NCBI GenBank assembly: GCA_951406725.2
Contig: OX597814.1
Location: forward strand, 141,918,001-141,982,000
Source of the DNA: Octopus vulgaris
Taxonomy: Eukaryota
Reading direction: 5' to 3'
DNA length: 64,000 nt
Numbering within the stretch: position 1 is the stretch's first letter; the number at the start of each line of letters is the position of its first letter. Below, piece after piece: positions 25,276 through 39,356 of this stretch. The translations under genes were made by a program, and so were the position numbers. The notes below the pieces were generated by a model. It ran no database searches, was not told where the DNA came from, and saw nothing but the letters and a program-made list of their open reading frames with translations.

Positions 25276-28200
25276 CTGGCAGGCAGATATAGTTTTACAG
25301 CTAGTCGAAGTTAAAATCCATAACGATCCTAGTATTATCAGCTCACTTCGGCACCTATCAGCATTAGGTGTTTTACATCCTCTAATTCTTTAGTTTTCAC
25401 TTTTTCTAATTAACCTACATTAATCAGCAAATTGTAAATGAAGGGTAACTGCTAATTAGTAATTTGTAGGTGTTAAATTTTAAAGTTTTTATTGCTGACT
25501 CTTATAAATTTTCAACAATTTTGTGTCAGTTTCCATGCTTTTTCTCTAATGACATAATCTCTTCATGTCAGTGTATGCATGTAGTGACTCAGAAGGAAAG
25601 ATATGAGCAGATTTCATAAAACATTTGAAGTAAAATTTTTATTAAAAAAAAAAAAGCGTTGCTTTAGTAACTGTTTTAAACTTTCACTTCCCATCTCAAC
25701 AAAACCATTATAATAGTCTCTGTTAAGTTAATTTAAAATAATTGTACCCATACTGTTTGTTTCATTTCTGAATGCTTAATGTATATATACATAATCTTTT
25801 AGAGTATTCAGTTATTAAAGACAGCAAAGAAGTTCAACCATATCAGTTTTCAAGGAAACAAATCTAAGTTTTACTCATGTTTATCTGATTTAAGTGCATA
25901 GAAGTAAAACTTAACTAAAATAAGTTGACAAAAAAAGAAAAAAAAAGCTGTATATAATTTATTCCTCATTTAAATTTTTTTTTTGTTTTTTCTGTACAAC
26001 ACTAAATTGAGATTCTAAGAAAATTTTAATTATTCCAAGTTGATAGAAATCCTTTTTTTTTTTATTCAATATACCTCACTTCACTGTTTCATTTTCATTT
26101 TGAAATAATCATTTCTGTTTTTAATTAATATTAACACTTTTTCATTTATTATATTTTGTGTTGCTATAAACTCCCCAAACCAACTCTACATAAACTGTAA
26201 GCAAATCTATAAAGATTTTTTGCTTTTTAACTTTTCTGTCTTTTTTTTTTTATTTTGGTGTGCATAAGATTCCTTGATGTCTAAAATTTAAAACTTACCA
26301 TATTTTGTAAGTTAATGACTATTAGTTCATATTTTTCAACCATTGTATTTAAAATATCCTTAATAAAACCAAGAATTCATGTCTTACCTTACCTCTTCCA
26401 GAGAATATACAAAGTAGCACACAATTTCTATTAACTTAATGTGCTTTATATAACATACTGACTGGAATACAATTTAGCTGGCATTGTCTTGGACGATGTC
26501 TCTGAGATGTTTTCTAGCTGGATGCCTTTCCTGTCACTTAAAAGGTTGGCAACAGGAGGGGCATCCAACTGTACACACTGCTTTGGTAAAAGCAGCATCC
26601 AATCCATGCCAACATGAAAAAGCAGATGCAAAATGACGAGGATTGCAAGCATGACTAAAGTTTTATTAGCTTAAAGTATTTTAGACATGAAAAGCATATG
26701 TATACTTGTAATTAATTACCTAAATCATTGTTAATTGCTAGTTACCAAAGAGAAACTTAATTATTGTACTGATAAACTGTTACATTCATTATTTCCCAAA
26801 ACAGCTTTTTAGATTCTTCCACTTAGTATTTCATTTATCCAGTTGATATTTTCATTAGCATCGTTACTGACATTGGTCTTAATTTAGACAATTAATTGTC
26901 TGAAATCTTGTTTTATCTTTGGAAATCTAGCAAAGCCATTACATAATTGAGACATTCATAACAGTTAATAAAAATGTTGGCAATCTTTGAGTCTAGCACA
27001 TCACTTTTAATGTCAAACAAAATGAAGCATTCAGAGAGGAATCTGAATTAAATGCAGGGGAAAAAGTTGATGCTACATGTACTTTTCAAATAGATTAGTA
27101 GAATATTTTGTCTGGTAATATCTTTAGTCTTTATATATTTTGAAGTTGTATTACTTAGAATATTCTTTTAGTGGTTTGTTGTAGGTCTGCAGCCATGCTG
27201 GAGTGCCACCTTAATTTATTTTCTTTCTTTTGTTGTCGCTTTATGGCTGGAAGTTGGTCTTTGATTTTGCAGTGGCTGATCTTCCGAGTGGACCCTTGAA
27301 TGATTGGCTAGCCCAGTATCGTCATTAGCTTATCCATTGTTATACACACACATGTAATGTGCATGTCTGTATTTCAATATTTGGGCTGATCTTATTTCGT
27401 GTCTCTTTGTATTAACTTTTCTATATATGTTTGACAAAAATGAAATTGATGTGTTAAACTCTAGGATCACCAAAGCATCTCAAATTATTATTTTTTTAAT
27501 CTTTGAATTAATTTCTTTAATATTACTATCTTTTAGTATTAAATTTACAAATGTCTGCCTTTGAAACTTAATCATAATACTATTTTCAGTTTTTTTTATC
27601 ATAATGTAACTTCTTGTCCTATGGAATTTACTTTGCATTCTTGGCAACTTGTAAAATTGCTTTATTGCAGCTTATTTATACAATACAATGTGATGAATTA
27701 CATCACTTTTTGGTATCAGAAATGTGTTTTCTGCATTCAGACAGGTTAATTTTTCATTTCCCCAGAATTAATATCAGCAATATATCAAGGTTGAGCCGAT
27801 TTCTTTCACTTGAGGTAAAAGAAATCATTGGATAGAAAACTATTTTTGGCCCTTTTTATTTTAGTCCCCTTTATTCTTGAAGCATGCCAGTCCATCAAAT
27901 GAAGTCAGCTTTGATCAGTCTGTCCTGTCCTAATTATAAACACAATTAGCCTCTTCCCACAACACTGCCAAATTTTAGGTTTAATGCTAGTTCTTGTTGT
28001 TTATTCCTTTGGTAACTTAGGGAAACTTTAAATTATTTTGGGGCAGCAGGTATATTTGTTGATAGAAGTCTTAGTGGAAATATATATTTTAAAATAACAA
28101 ACAAATATAAAAGTAAAAAAAAAAATCTTTCAACTGCTTTAAGCCTTTTGATGAGCCGAATCTGCAATTAAGCTTTCAGTTCTTCGTTGAAGACATTTTG

Positions 28201-31200
28201 TTTGATTTATGCTGCTAATGTCTTTGACAATCACCAAAACATCATCCTCCCCCCCCCCCCCCATTTATCATAATCTCAAGTGTTGTGCTGATACATAATA
28301 AAAAAAAAATATCCACAGCATGTGTATGTGTTTCCATATTTGAATATCATGAAGCAATATGTTCTACATGATTTCTTTTTATAAATGTCCTCTATTTTCT
28401 TAAGTTTGTTCCTTTCTCAACATTTCATAAAACCTATCCTTATGACATCTGTAACTATATATTATTATATCAGTACATTGAGTAATGTGGTACTCTTTGG
28501 TAACTTTGTGATTCTTTTCTCTATATGTTCACAGCTCAATTTTCATCATTGCCCTCTATTATCTTCCTCCCTATGTGCAAAGATTTTTTTTTTTTTATGG
28601 GTGAATGAAAAATATTTTTAACAGTAACAAAATGAGCCAACAAAGGATTCCTTGGTGTTACTCAAACTGCTAGAAACAGCAGTCAAATCTCCTTTAAATT
28701 TTCATTTTACTTATGAAATTAGTAACTTTTATCCTAACAAATCATCTTTAATTGAAAATTTTTTTTTTCTTGTATCATATTGCATCTCCTCAATTTTTTT
28801 TTCTATTCCCAAAACCCAAACATGCAAAAATGTAATATTATTCCTTATATTAAATCTAGTAAATATTTAAATAAAAATGTTAGTTAAAATATGTAACTAT
28901 TCTTTTTCATATTGTTATTAGTAAGGAGATTGGTGACTGAAACACAAATACCAGTCTAAATGGCCTGGTGGTGTTCACTTCTGTTCCTTTATGTTGTAAG
29001 CTCAATCCTGCTTGGATTTACTTTGCTGTTCATTCTGTTGGGGGTCTAAAAAAAAAAAATAGTACGGGGGCACATAATTATTATTCAATTAACTGTACTC
29101 CTTCCCTACAAATTTGTGGCCATGTACCAAATTTTGAAATTATTATTATAGGCCGTAATTAGTGCAAAACTATTTTCATTAATTTTCTGTATAAATGATT
29201 AACAAAATAAGCTAAAAGAAAAACAAAACAAAACCATAAACTGTTTGAGATATCTTAATGTAGTTTACTGAAGCTGGCATGTTTCACTGGAAAGCTTCAA
29301 GTTAACTATTTATTTCATTATATAAAATATTGGAAAAATGTTTTTCAAATTATGAGCTTGCTCTATATATTTTTGTACAAAAAAAAAAAAAATTAAATTA
29401 AATTGGTATGTGTGTGTATACATGTTTTATATATATAATATTAGATTTGTTCAGCTGTTTCAGTTAAATGTTTAAATAACCTTCAATGTATTTGATGATT
29501 GTTGTTGATGCTATAGTAGAATTTTGTAGGGTTTTTTTTGTCTGTATGTGTATCTTTTTTGTTTGTTGTTTAATGGCTTAGTCAGAGGAGGAAGGGCATT
29601 GCCCCTTGACCTCTTTTAAAGAACCTATAAGACTGGTAGGAGGAAACAATCCTCAAACTGAAGACCTGGCCCAAATGCTTGCAACAAAGTGGTATCCACT
29701 AAATGTATCCATATGGTGATGGTAATGACTGCTGGATTTAAGTCTAGCACCAAAGTAGAATGGAACAGTTCCTCTACTGAGCTTCTGTGCAATTTTCACC
29801 TACCAAATTACATTCACAGAACATTGGACCTGAGACTGATGCAGAAGTACCTTGCCTGTGATACCATTTGGTGGGGGTCAAACACAAAACCACTTGGTTG
29901 CAAAGCAAACTTCCTAACCATTTGATCATACCCATTTATAAAATCTAGATTTGATGTATCATTAGTTATACATTGTGATGACTTCATATTTATCATTGGT
30001 TGTATTATAGAGTGACTATTGTATCTGATCAATCTAGGTATCTAGATTTTTACAGATTACCTGTATACCATTGCTTAAGGATAAATTTGTGTTTGTGTAT
30101 GATCAATGACTTTTGTCTTGTTTTACTTATACTGGTGTATAGATTAATAACTATCATATTTCAACTGTCTGTAACTCCATTATTTTTTAGTAAGTCCCCC
30201 CCCCCTTCACCTTCAATAGAAATATAAGGTTTCAAAGCTGAACAGTAATGCATTGTTTCTATGAACAGCTGCAACTGGATGCAATTCTCAATGCCAAGCC
30301 AGGAAACTCCTGTAGGTCCTCAATTTCATGTTGTATGTCTCTGCCATTGACACCAATGCAGCTGAGTGGACAACAAAACACCAATAATTGAAATGTGTCC
30401 ATAGATCTCCTCTTTGGTTTGGTGCTTCTACCATGAGATGCTTAGAATCTTCATAAAAAAAAATCTGATGTATTTTCCATCAAGGTGATCTTAAATGAAG
30501 ATCTGTCTTCATGGCTTAGGTTCCCACTATTGAGAAGAATGCTCTCTTCATATACTTTGAAGATGGCCAGCCTTGTTGACATTGAAAAACATTTCAGTCA
30601 AAAAAAAAGTACTGTTCCAGTGTAACTTACTGATCCATTATCTCTAGATAAAGTTAACACACATTGAAAATGTTTCAGACAATTTGTAAACGGCCAGTTC
30701 AGTTGACATTCCCTACTCTCCTATACACATGAAAAAAAAAGCAAAACAAAACAAAACCATTTTTATTTATTTATCTTTTTTATACATTATTTGTTATATT
30801 TTGTTGCTTTTTCTTTTTTTGTTTCCATATTTCTTTTCATATCATAATTGTAATTTTTTTTTTTAACAAGAGGATGAAAAGAAAGACAGCAATTACTCAG
30901 TTTGCTCACTTATAAAACTCTGATGCTGCTTCTCCAGATATAATCCTCTGTTCATCATTATTTACTCAATAAGAACTGTTTTTAAGCTAAAACAAAATGG
31001 AAATCCTCAATCTTTCCATTTATGCATTATTGGAGTTGTTTCGAGTGTATCATAAGGACAAAAAAAAAAAAAAGCTAATAAATAAATAAATAGAAAACCT
31101 CTTCAGTTTTGTGGTACACTTTAATCCCTCCAAGAAGACTTGCAGTTAATCTGTTCATCTTGGATGTGTGATTATATCTACCATATTTTGAATCCCAATT

Positions 31201-31845
31201 GATCTCAAATGATTAAATATTTATTGATACAAAATGCTATTGCATCTTCAGACTTTACAAAAATGACAAAAACAACAAAAAAAAATGAAAAAAACCCTCA
31301 AATTATTGAAAAGTAAAGAAGAGTATGAAAGAAACAAGGATTATCATGAATAATGTCCGTGAACAAACTGCAAATCTTATAGACTTATATTTTCTGAAGG
31401 CAGGAGTCCTGTTTTTGCCAATTCTATTCATTCAGCTCACCTACAAACTATTTTTACTTTTTTTTTTTTTTTTTTTTTTTTGGTTATTTTTTCTTTGCAC
31501 TTTTGTGATTTTTGACTTTTTTTTTTTGTTGATCTGAACTTTTTTTTAATTTTATTTTTGTTTAAATGTGGATATAACTACAAAATTAAAACAAGATATT
31601 GTGGTCAATAAGTTAACTGCAATAATTTTCTTGTAAATCTAATTCAATTCATTGAAGTGTCTGTGAATTATGGCTTTAAATCATTACAACTCATCAACAT
31701 TTGTCATCATCAATCAGAACCCCCTTGTAAATGCAGAAAGACAGACAAAAGTAAACAAAAAGACAGAAACCCCTTGTAAATGTGAAAGCCATTTCATTAT
31801 TTTTCAGCTTTTGAAAGTGTCAATAAAAATATTGGTAGCCATTTA
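24463..31845 (+). other. Candidate long 3'UTR of the Raw-like gene; true end uncertain
   Basis: AT-rich and largely lacking intact SINEs, unlike the introns. Several AATAAA; the one near 31822 is followed by a GT-rich tract. Confidence 0.35.
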
Positions 31846-31939
31846 AAGTGGCACTGATTAATGTTAACCTTGGTTTGTGTGTTTGTTTATTGTTAAAAGT
31901 ACAGAACAAATAATTCCTCAGTATTTATACTTATAGACA

Positions 31940-32157
31940 TAGGATGATGTGCTGAAAAGGTCCTGACTTTGGGTTAAATAAAATATAAGAGGATCAGTTA
32001 ATTATGATTTTTATCCAACATATTTCCCCTCTCATATCCACATACTTATTACAATGGTTCTTTAGTTTTTCTAAGCACTGTAAAAGAACTCGGGTTGGAT
32101 CTCCAACCAAACCTTTTGTGATACTCAAAGCCAGAAACTTTCCAGCACTCCATCGTA
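31940..32157. mobile_element. Tc1/mariner-type MITE
   Basis: TIRs gtgctgaaaaggtcctgacttt / aaagccagaaactttccagcac with TA ends. Confidence 0.7.
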
Positions 32158-34749
32158 TTTACAATTTATACTGTCAGATTTTGTTTTCAAATCATATATA
32201 CTAAGCAAAAAGTCCTGTTATTGTTGTCATCTGAGCCCACCATGCTGCTTAGGTTTTGGTATAGTTTGGCCCCTTTAACTATAAATTTCTATTGCATAAT
32301 ATTTGTACCTACTCTTCAGGAATATCACATGATCAACCAAACTATTGAGTGTTTATTACATTGCTGTTCACAATCACTTTGCATTGTTTTAGCTTTTGAA
32401 TGATAGGTGAGCAGACCACCTCTAGGTATATATACATGTATAATGTTGCTGTATTTTTAGACAACTGAACTGTGATATATAAGCATCAAAAATAGCATCC
32501 ATTTCTTTACAGAGCATAATATCACTCTATGGATCTCTTGATTATGGGCCAGCAAGCTTGAATATTGTTAGTCATGTCTTTTATAAGCTCAAAAATGATC
32601 CTCCATGAGAAACTGTTTTTAAACTGACTTTTTCTACAATTAAAATTCATACAACAGCAATTATTATATGCTCTTTAACTCTAAAATGTGTTTTTCTTCC
32701 ATGCCAGAAGGCAGGACTCATGACCCCTTTTAAGGCCTTGAAGACCTAGCTCAACTGCTTACAACTGTATTCACTAAACAGAAGGTACTCAAGGTGTTAT
32801 GTAGTGGTTTTAAACTGGGTGCTGGATTAACCCCTAATCATTCAGATTATTCTGTCAAATCTAATGCTTATTTCTTCACATTGATTTGAATAAGTAATGC
32901 ATTACTTTGTAGATTTGAAATTCCGATGACTTGAGTGCTTATTTTTAGAATAACATTGCTGGTTAAGTGTGAGAGACTAGATCCGAGCAGTAAAACACAA
33001 TATTTTGGCCAAATATAGTAAGTAAAAAAAATTAAAAAAATATTAAAAGGCTGAAGTTGACCATGATTGGATTTCAACTCAGAACACAAAAAAACTGGAA
33101 CAAATACTACAAGTCACCATTCCACTTCCTAGAATTGGTACTTTTTTTAACTTGAAAGGATGAAAGTCAAAATTGACCTAAGTGAGATTTGAACTCAGAC
33201 TAACCAGATAGTTGGAAGAAAAACCATAAAATATTCTACCCAACACTCTTCCAACTTGTGTGCATATGTATGTTTATATTGCTTTAAAATGATGACACAC
33301 ATTCTGTAAGAATATCATACTTATGAGAGGCAATAAAGATATTTAGAAAGATAGAGATCAAGGAAGAGATGTAAAGACTGTTTGATAAGCAAGTGAGTAG
33401 ATATGTTAGAAAAAGAGGGGAGAAAGCATATTTTTTCTATTATTTTCTTTGTAAGCCTGTTTCACTTTCCTATATAGAGCATTTTGAAAGTAAGGATTTC
33501 ACTTGCTTTTTACTGATGTAAAGTCATTTGTTGTATGAATTATGTTTGGTCTAAAATTAAATATGTAAGTATTATATATCTGTCTACTACTTCAAAGAGA
33601 AAATTTACATCAGTTCACTCCTTCACATGCATTATACAAATGAAAGGAAATAGACATTCACCAAATAATTTTAATGTAAGCTAGATGAGATTAGCTGTTG
33701 CCAAAGGTTACTTGTATGCATTTTGAAATATTGATTTATAATATCTAATAAAAACGATAGCATTCAGAATTATTGCATTTAATTCATAATAATGTAACCA
33801 ACCTAAAACTTAAATTCCCATTGACTTTTCTTTGCCATTTAATGGCCTGAAGTGGTGGGTGTAGGGAAAAAATGTTAATTGTCTGTAATAAAGTTTTTAT
33901 TACACCATGAATTTGTATTGTGGCTCACTAACGTTGCAAGACAAGCATTATAGCTAACTGAAATTTGCTTATGCCACATATCAAATTATTGTCTTTGGGA
34001 TTAAACCGGATATTTTTGTTGGGGGCCACATTAGAGAAGTTAGCATTGGTTGGTTTCAAATTCATGAGTAAAATTTTGCTTGTGGGTGTTATAGGACAGT
34101 TTTCCATTTATATTTGCATCTAGTAATTATTTCTAAGCTGTAGCTCATACTAGATCAATAACTTTGTTTTTAGACTAATTAAAACTAAATACTATTGGTT
34201 CCATAATATAAAATCTCATTTTAAAGGGTTTATATTTAAAACCTTATTTGTATGTTGCCACTGTTTGTTAATGTTATGTAACAAACCTTAATCTTTTTTT
34301 CTTTTTTTTTTGTGGCAGTGCAGTTGCACAGAGCCAGAAATTTTGAAGGGAAGAAGTTGATTATATTGACTTCAGAGCTCGGTACTTATTTTATTGACCC
34401 CCAAAAGGAAGAAAGGTAAAGTCAACCTTGGTAGCATTTGAATGCAGAATGTAAACAACCATAAGAAATGTTACTTGGTGCTTCATCCAGAATGGTACCT
34501 TTTCTGCTGGTTCCTTATCTTAATGAAATAAGTTATCCTAGACCTGGCTGTTTTTGACATCTATTAAAATTCAAAAGCAATGTTTCATTAGAAATGTGGC
34601 AACTAAAGGATTCATGTTTTTCACAAAATGAATAATTCAACCTTTTCCTCTGTGGTGGCTGGAGAATTGCTCTCTCTTCACTTCTGGGATTAAACTGTTG
34701 CAGTCCCAGCATATACCATATCTTATAAGCCTTATTGATATTGTCCACT

Positions 34750-34983
34750 TATTTCTTTATTGCCCTCAAGGGGATAAACATAGAGGGGACAAACAAGGAC
34801 AGACAAAGGGATTAAGTTGATTACATCGACCCCAGTGCATAACTAATATTTAATTTATCAACCCTGAAAGGATGAAAGGCAAAGTTGACCTCAGCAGAAT
34901 TTGAACTCAGAATGCAGCAGCGGACGAAATACCACAAAGCATTTCGCCCGGCATGCTAATGTCTCTGCCAGCTCACCACCTTA
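34750..34983 (-). mobile_element. SINE family B copy with flanking direct repeat
   Basis: TTGATATTGTCCACTTA on both sides. Confidence 0.88.
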
Positions 34984-35585
34984 AATTTGATATTCCCTTG
35001 ATATTGTCCACTTACTATACAACATTCTTCATCTCCAAAACCTTATGATACTTTATATCTCTGCTAGTTTTATGCTAACTAATCCAAGAGGCAACTGTAT
35101 TTCATCAATGACCCAACAAAACTGAAACCAGCAATCTTCTTAGACATCACTCTTCACAACCCTTACGCAACTAAACCTTCAAATTTTCTGACTGATTCCC
35201 TTGCAAGAATACAGGTCAAGATCAGATTACAGTACCTGGAAAATTTAACCAATTAGGTGAATTTTACTTAACACAACTGAAACTTCTTTTGAGATGACTA
35301 TTCAAAAAATAAGATACCTATGTACATCATACAGTCTGTGAGGACTGCCACTTTTAGACTCAGCAGTTGAGGTGTGTCTTTGGAAAGCATAGAAAAATAA
35401 TTACAGGATGGAAGAAGTTTGAAGAACTATTACTATTGCTTGTAATGAAGGGTTTCAATCTCTGAGTGAATGCTTGTTTGCAAAGTGTGTGTGTGTGTAT
35501 GTGACTATGTATGTGTGAGGTGGATTCCAGAAGTTTTCTGACTTTATTTTAACTGTTTTAAGTTATTGTAATTTTCATAGATCAA

Positions 35586-35955
35586 GAGTGACAGTGTGGT
35601 AAGTAGCTTGCTTACCAATCACATGGTTGTGGGTTCAGTCCCATTGCGTGGCACCATGGGCAAGTGTCTTCTACTATAGTCTCATGCCAACCAAAGCCTT
35701 GTGAGTGGATTTAGTTGACAGAAACTAAAAGAAGCCCATTATATATATGTATACATTTGTGGTCTGCATTTGTACCCCCACCATTGCTTGACAACCGATG
35801 TTGGTGTGTTTACATCCCCATAACCTAGTGGTTCGGTAAAAGAGACTGATAGAATAAATACTAGGCTTACAAAGAATAAGTCCTGGCGTCAATTTGTTTG
35901 ACTAAAGGTGGTGCACCAGCATGGCCACAATCAAATGACTGAAAGAAATAAAAGA
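35586..35955 (+). mobile_element. SINE family A copy inserted into a mariner fossil
   Basis: Family head, core and tail; flanked by direct repeat ATAGATCAA (35577-85 / 35956-64). Confidence 0.9.
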
Positions 35956-36082
35956 ATAGATCAAATCAGTTGACCTGCCAACTTTTATTCCAGAATGAAG
36001 GAGACCACTGTAACAGCACTTTGAACGCACCCTACTAAACACTTCTCGTCATAACTGACTAGTTTGCATAATGCAGTCACGA

Positions 36083-36320
36083 TGTCAAGACAGTTTGGAA
36101 GCGCAGTAGGCAATGAAGTTTTTTGTGTTAAACTGAGAAAAAAATTCCACAGAATGTTATGAAATGCTGCAGAGTGCTTATGTATTAACTTGTATAAGCT
36201 GAACATCCCTTTTTCGCTGACATGAGAGGTTCAAGAATGGTAGGTAGATGATGATGATGATAAGTGTGGGAGGGAAAGAGACATCAGGACCTCAAAGCTG
36301 GTTGAGAAAATTCACAATTT
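36083..36320 (+). pseudogene. Degraded mariner transposase N-terminal HTH region; left end probably ~35515, split by a SINE
   Basis: Translation with stops/frameshifts: ..VKLRKNSTECYEMLQSAY..SLFR*HERFKNGR..DDD..GR, matching mariner HTH layout. Confidence 0.7.
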
Positions 36321-36687
36321 TCTTTTCTATTCTAGGCACAAGGGACGAAATTTTTGGGGAGTGGGGCCAGTCGATTAGATCAAACCCAATATGCAACTGG
36401 TACTTAATTTATCGACCCCGCAAGGATGAAAGGCAAAACCAACCTCAGTGGAATTTGAACTCAGAATGTAAAGACAGATAAAATACCTATTTCTTTACTA
36501 CCCACAAGGGGCTTAGCAGTATTTCGTCTGTCTTTACGTTCTGAGTTCAAATTCGACCAAGGTTGACTTCGCCTTTCATCCTTTTGGGGTTGATAAATTA
36601 AGTACCAGTTGCATACTGGGGTCGATTTAATCGACTGGCCCCCACCTCCCCCAAAATTTCAGGCCTTGTGCTTAGAGTAGAAAAGAA
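36320..36687. mobile_element. Inverted pair of SINE family B halves with ~32-nt spacer
   Basis: 36320-36486 is the reverse complement of 36519-36687. Confidence 0.88.
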
Positions 36688-36745
36688 TATGTGGATATGT
36701 GGATGTATGCCTGTTTGTCTGTATAGATAGATAGATGGATTGATG

Positions 36746-36799
<54 letters not shown>

Positions 36800-38420
36800 C
36801 TTGTGTATACATATGCCTTGTGTGTTTCATGTGATGTTACTCAAGAGATTTGCATTCTAAATTACAGTATTTGCCTTATCACTATCAGTTTTTGGTGATA
36901 AAATATATCTGTTTCCTCCCCTCCTATTTTGTCACATTTCAGATGGCTTTTCTGCATCTGTTTATACATTAAAGCATTAAATCTATACTGCACCATAAGC
37001 ATCCATTTAAAATGGCTTTAATGAAAAATGAAATGCTGCTTGATTGGTTAGATTAAGCTATTGTGAGTATTGACTTTTGGAGACTATCATTGGTTTTTTT
37101 TTTTCATCAGCTTGGATGTATCTAGAAATTTCTTTTTATTTATTTACTTTCCCCGCCCCACCATAATTAGGTATGAATATTTTATGCCTTGATAGTTTTC
37201 CAAATGTTGCCATAAACTGCTGTTATCTCAGTGACTTGCTTATTCTGTTTTATGCTGTAATCCAAATAACCGCTATACTCATCAATCTCAAATATAAAGC
37301 AAGGTTTGGTTTGGCTGTTGTTGATGTTGTAGTTGCTGCTTAATCCTAGATCAGTCTTGATTGAAGAAACCTATAATCAAAGGTGTTCCAGATGTGATAT
37401 TATTTTCATTTTTCAGGCATAGTTTATCTAAGACTTCATTATCTAATGTATCCTTCCTTGCTCTTCTTTAACGCTGTATCACGCTTGATAGAGATATACC
37501 AATAATTAGAGGCATACAACCCAAGGTTAAGATGTCTGCTTCACTACCCGATGCTTTCAGCTCCAATTCCTCTGTACAGCAGCTTCAACAAATACTTTCT
37601 ACCATAATCTTCGACTGAGTTATGTTCTGTGAGAAAAATTGGATACATCAAAACTCTATGGAAACTGAATATATATGTACAACTGTGTGTGTATATATTG
37701 CTAATAATAATAATTTTGTCCTATAAGCACAAGGCCCAAAATTTTCAGTGTTCAATTAATAATTGCTTTATTAATCCCAAAAGGATGAAAGGCAAAGTCG
37801 ACCTTGGTGGAATTTGAACTCAGAATGTAAAGACATGAAATGCTACAAAGCATTTTGCCCAGCATGGCAACAATTCTACCAGCTTGCTTTGTATGTCTGT
37901 GTGGTAAGAAGTTTGCTTCCCAGCCACATAGTTCTAGGTTCAGAAGCTTGTCTTTATGTGTGTGTGTGTGCACATGTATTTGTCTTTGTGTTTGTTCTAC
38001 ACCACAGTTTGGCAACAAGTGTTGGTTTGTTTATATCTCCATAACTTAACAGTTTGGCAAAAGTGACTTATAGAATAAGTACCAGACTTAAAAAAAAAAA
38101 TAATAAGTATTGGGGTTAATTCGTTTGACTAAACAATTCAAGGTGGTGCCCCAGCAAAGCTGGATTCCAATATACACTTGTGCCAGTTTCATGTAAAGAG
38201 CACCCATGCTGACACCACATAAACAGACACAAATGCCAGTATCATGCGAACTGTGCCAATGCTGGCACCAGGTGAAAAGCACCCAGTACACTCTAGAAAA
38301 TGATTGACATCAAGCTGTAGAAACCATGATAAAACAAATGACCGGAGCCTGGTGCAGCCCTCCAGCTTACCAGCTGCTTGCCAAACTGTCCAACCCATGC
38401 CAACATGGAAAACAGATATT

Positions 38421-38846
38421 CTTTTCTACTCTCGGCACAAGGCCCAAAATTTTGGAGGAGGGGGGGCTGGTCAATTAGATCGACGCAGTATGCAGCTGGT
38501 ACTTAATTTATCGACCCCCAAAAGGATGAAAGCAAAGTCAACCTCAGCAGAATTTGAACTCAGAACAAAAAGACTAAGCATTTTGCCTGGTGTGCTAACG
38601 TTTCTGCCAGCTCACCACCTTAAAATAAGAATCTTTTCTACTCTAGGCACAAGGCCCGAAATTCTCGGGAAGGGGCCCAGTTGATTAGATCAACCCCAGT
38701 ACGTAACTGATACTTAATTTATCGATCCCGAAAGGATGAAAGGCAAAGTTGACCTCAGTGGAATTTGAACTCAGAATGTAAAGACAGACAAAATACTACT
38801 AAGCATTTTGCCTGGTGTGCTAACGTCTCTGCCAGCTCACTGCCTT
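38421..38846 (-). mobile_element. Tandem dimer of SINE family B inside one 17-bp TSD
   Basis: CATGGAAAACAGATATT at 38404-38420 and 38847-38863. Confidence 0.88.
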
Positions 38847-38865
38847 CATGGAAAACAGATATTAA

Positions 38866-38930
<65 letters not shown>

Positions 38931-39356
38931 GGTGGTGGTGGTGGTGGTGGTGGATCAAATGTTTAAGATTATGGGTCTGACCAATTAGTGATGATGATCT
39001 GGGACCAAATAACAAGTGGAAACCTCCCCACACACACACATTCACATATATATCTTTTCACTAACAATCAACTCTTTGACCAAATGAGCAATGGAATTCA
39101 GATAAACAATCAACAGTCATTAACTGTTTGATGGTGTTCTATGAAGACATAAACTAGATCCCCTATAACGAACCTAAATGTAAGGTATTCATAGTGGGTA
39201 GGGGTAACTCAATGAACTCCCTGAATTTAATATTGCAATATTTTTCATATATATATATACAAACATATCTACTCACATATATACATGTATGTGTGAGTAT
39301 ATATATAATTTATAGGAAAGATCTTGGTAAATAGCTACAAGGTAGCTAAATGTTGC

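Noticed and set aside
38755-39045. Poly-His ORF
   Set aside because: Translation of the (GAT)n/(GGT)n SINE tail
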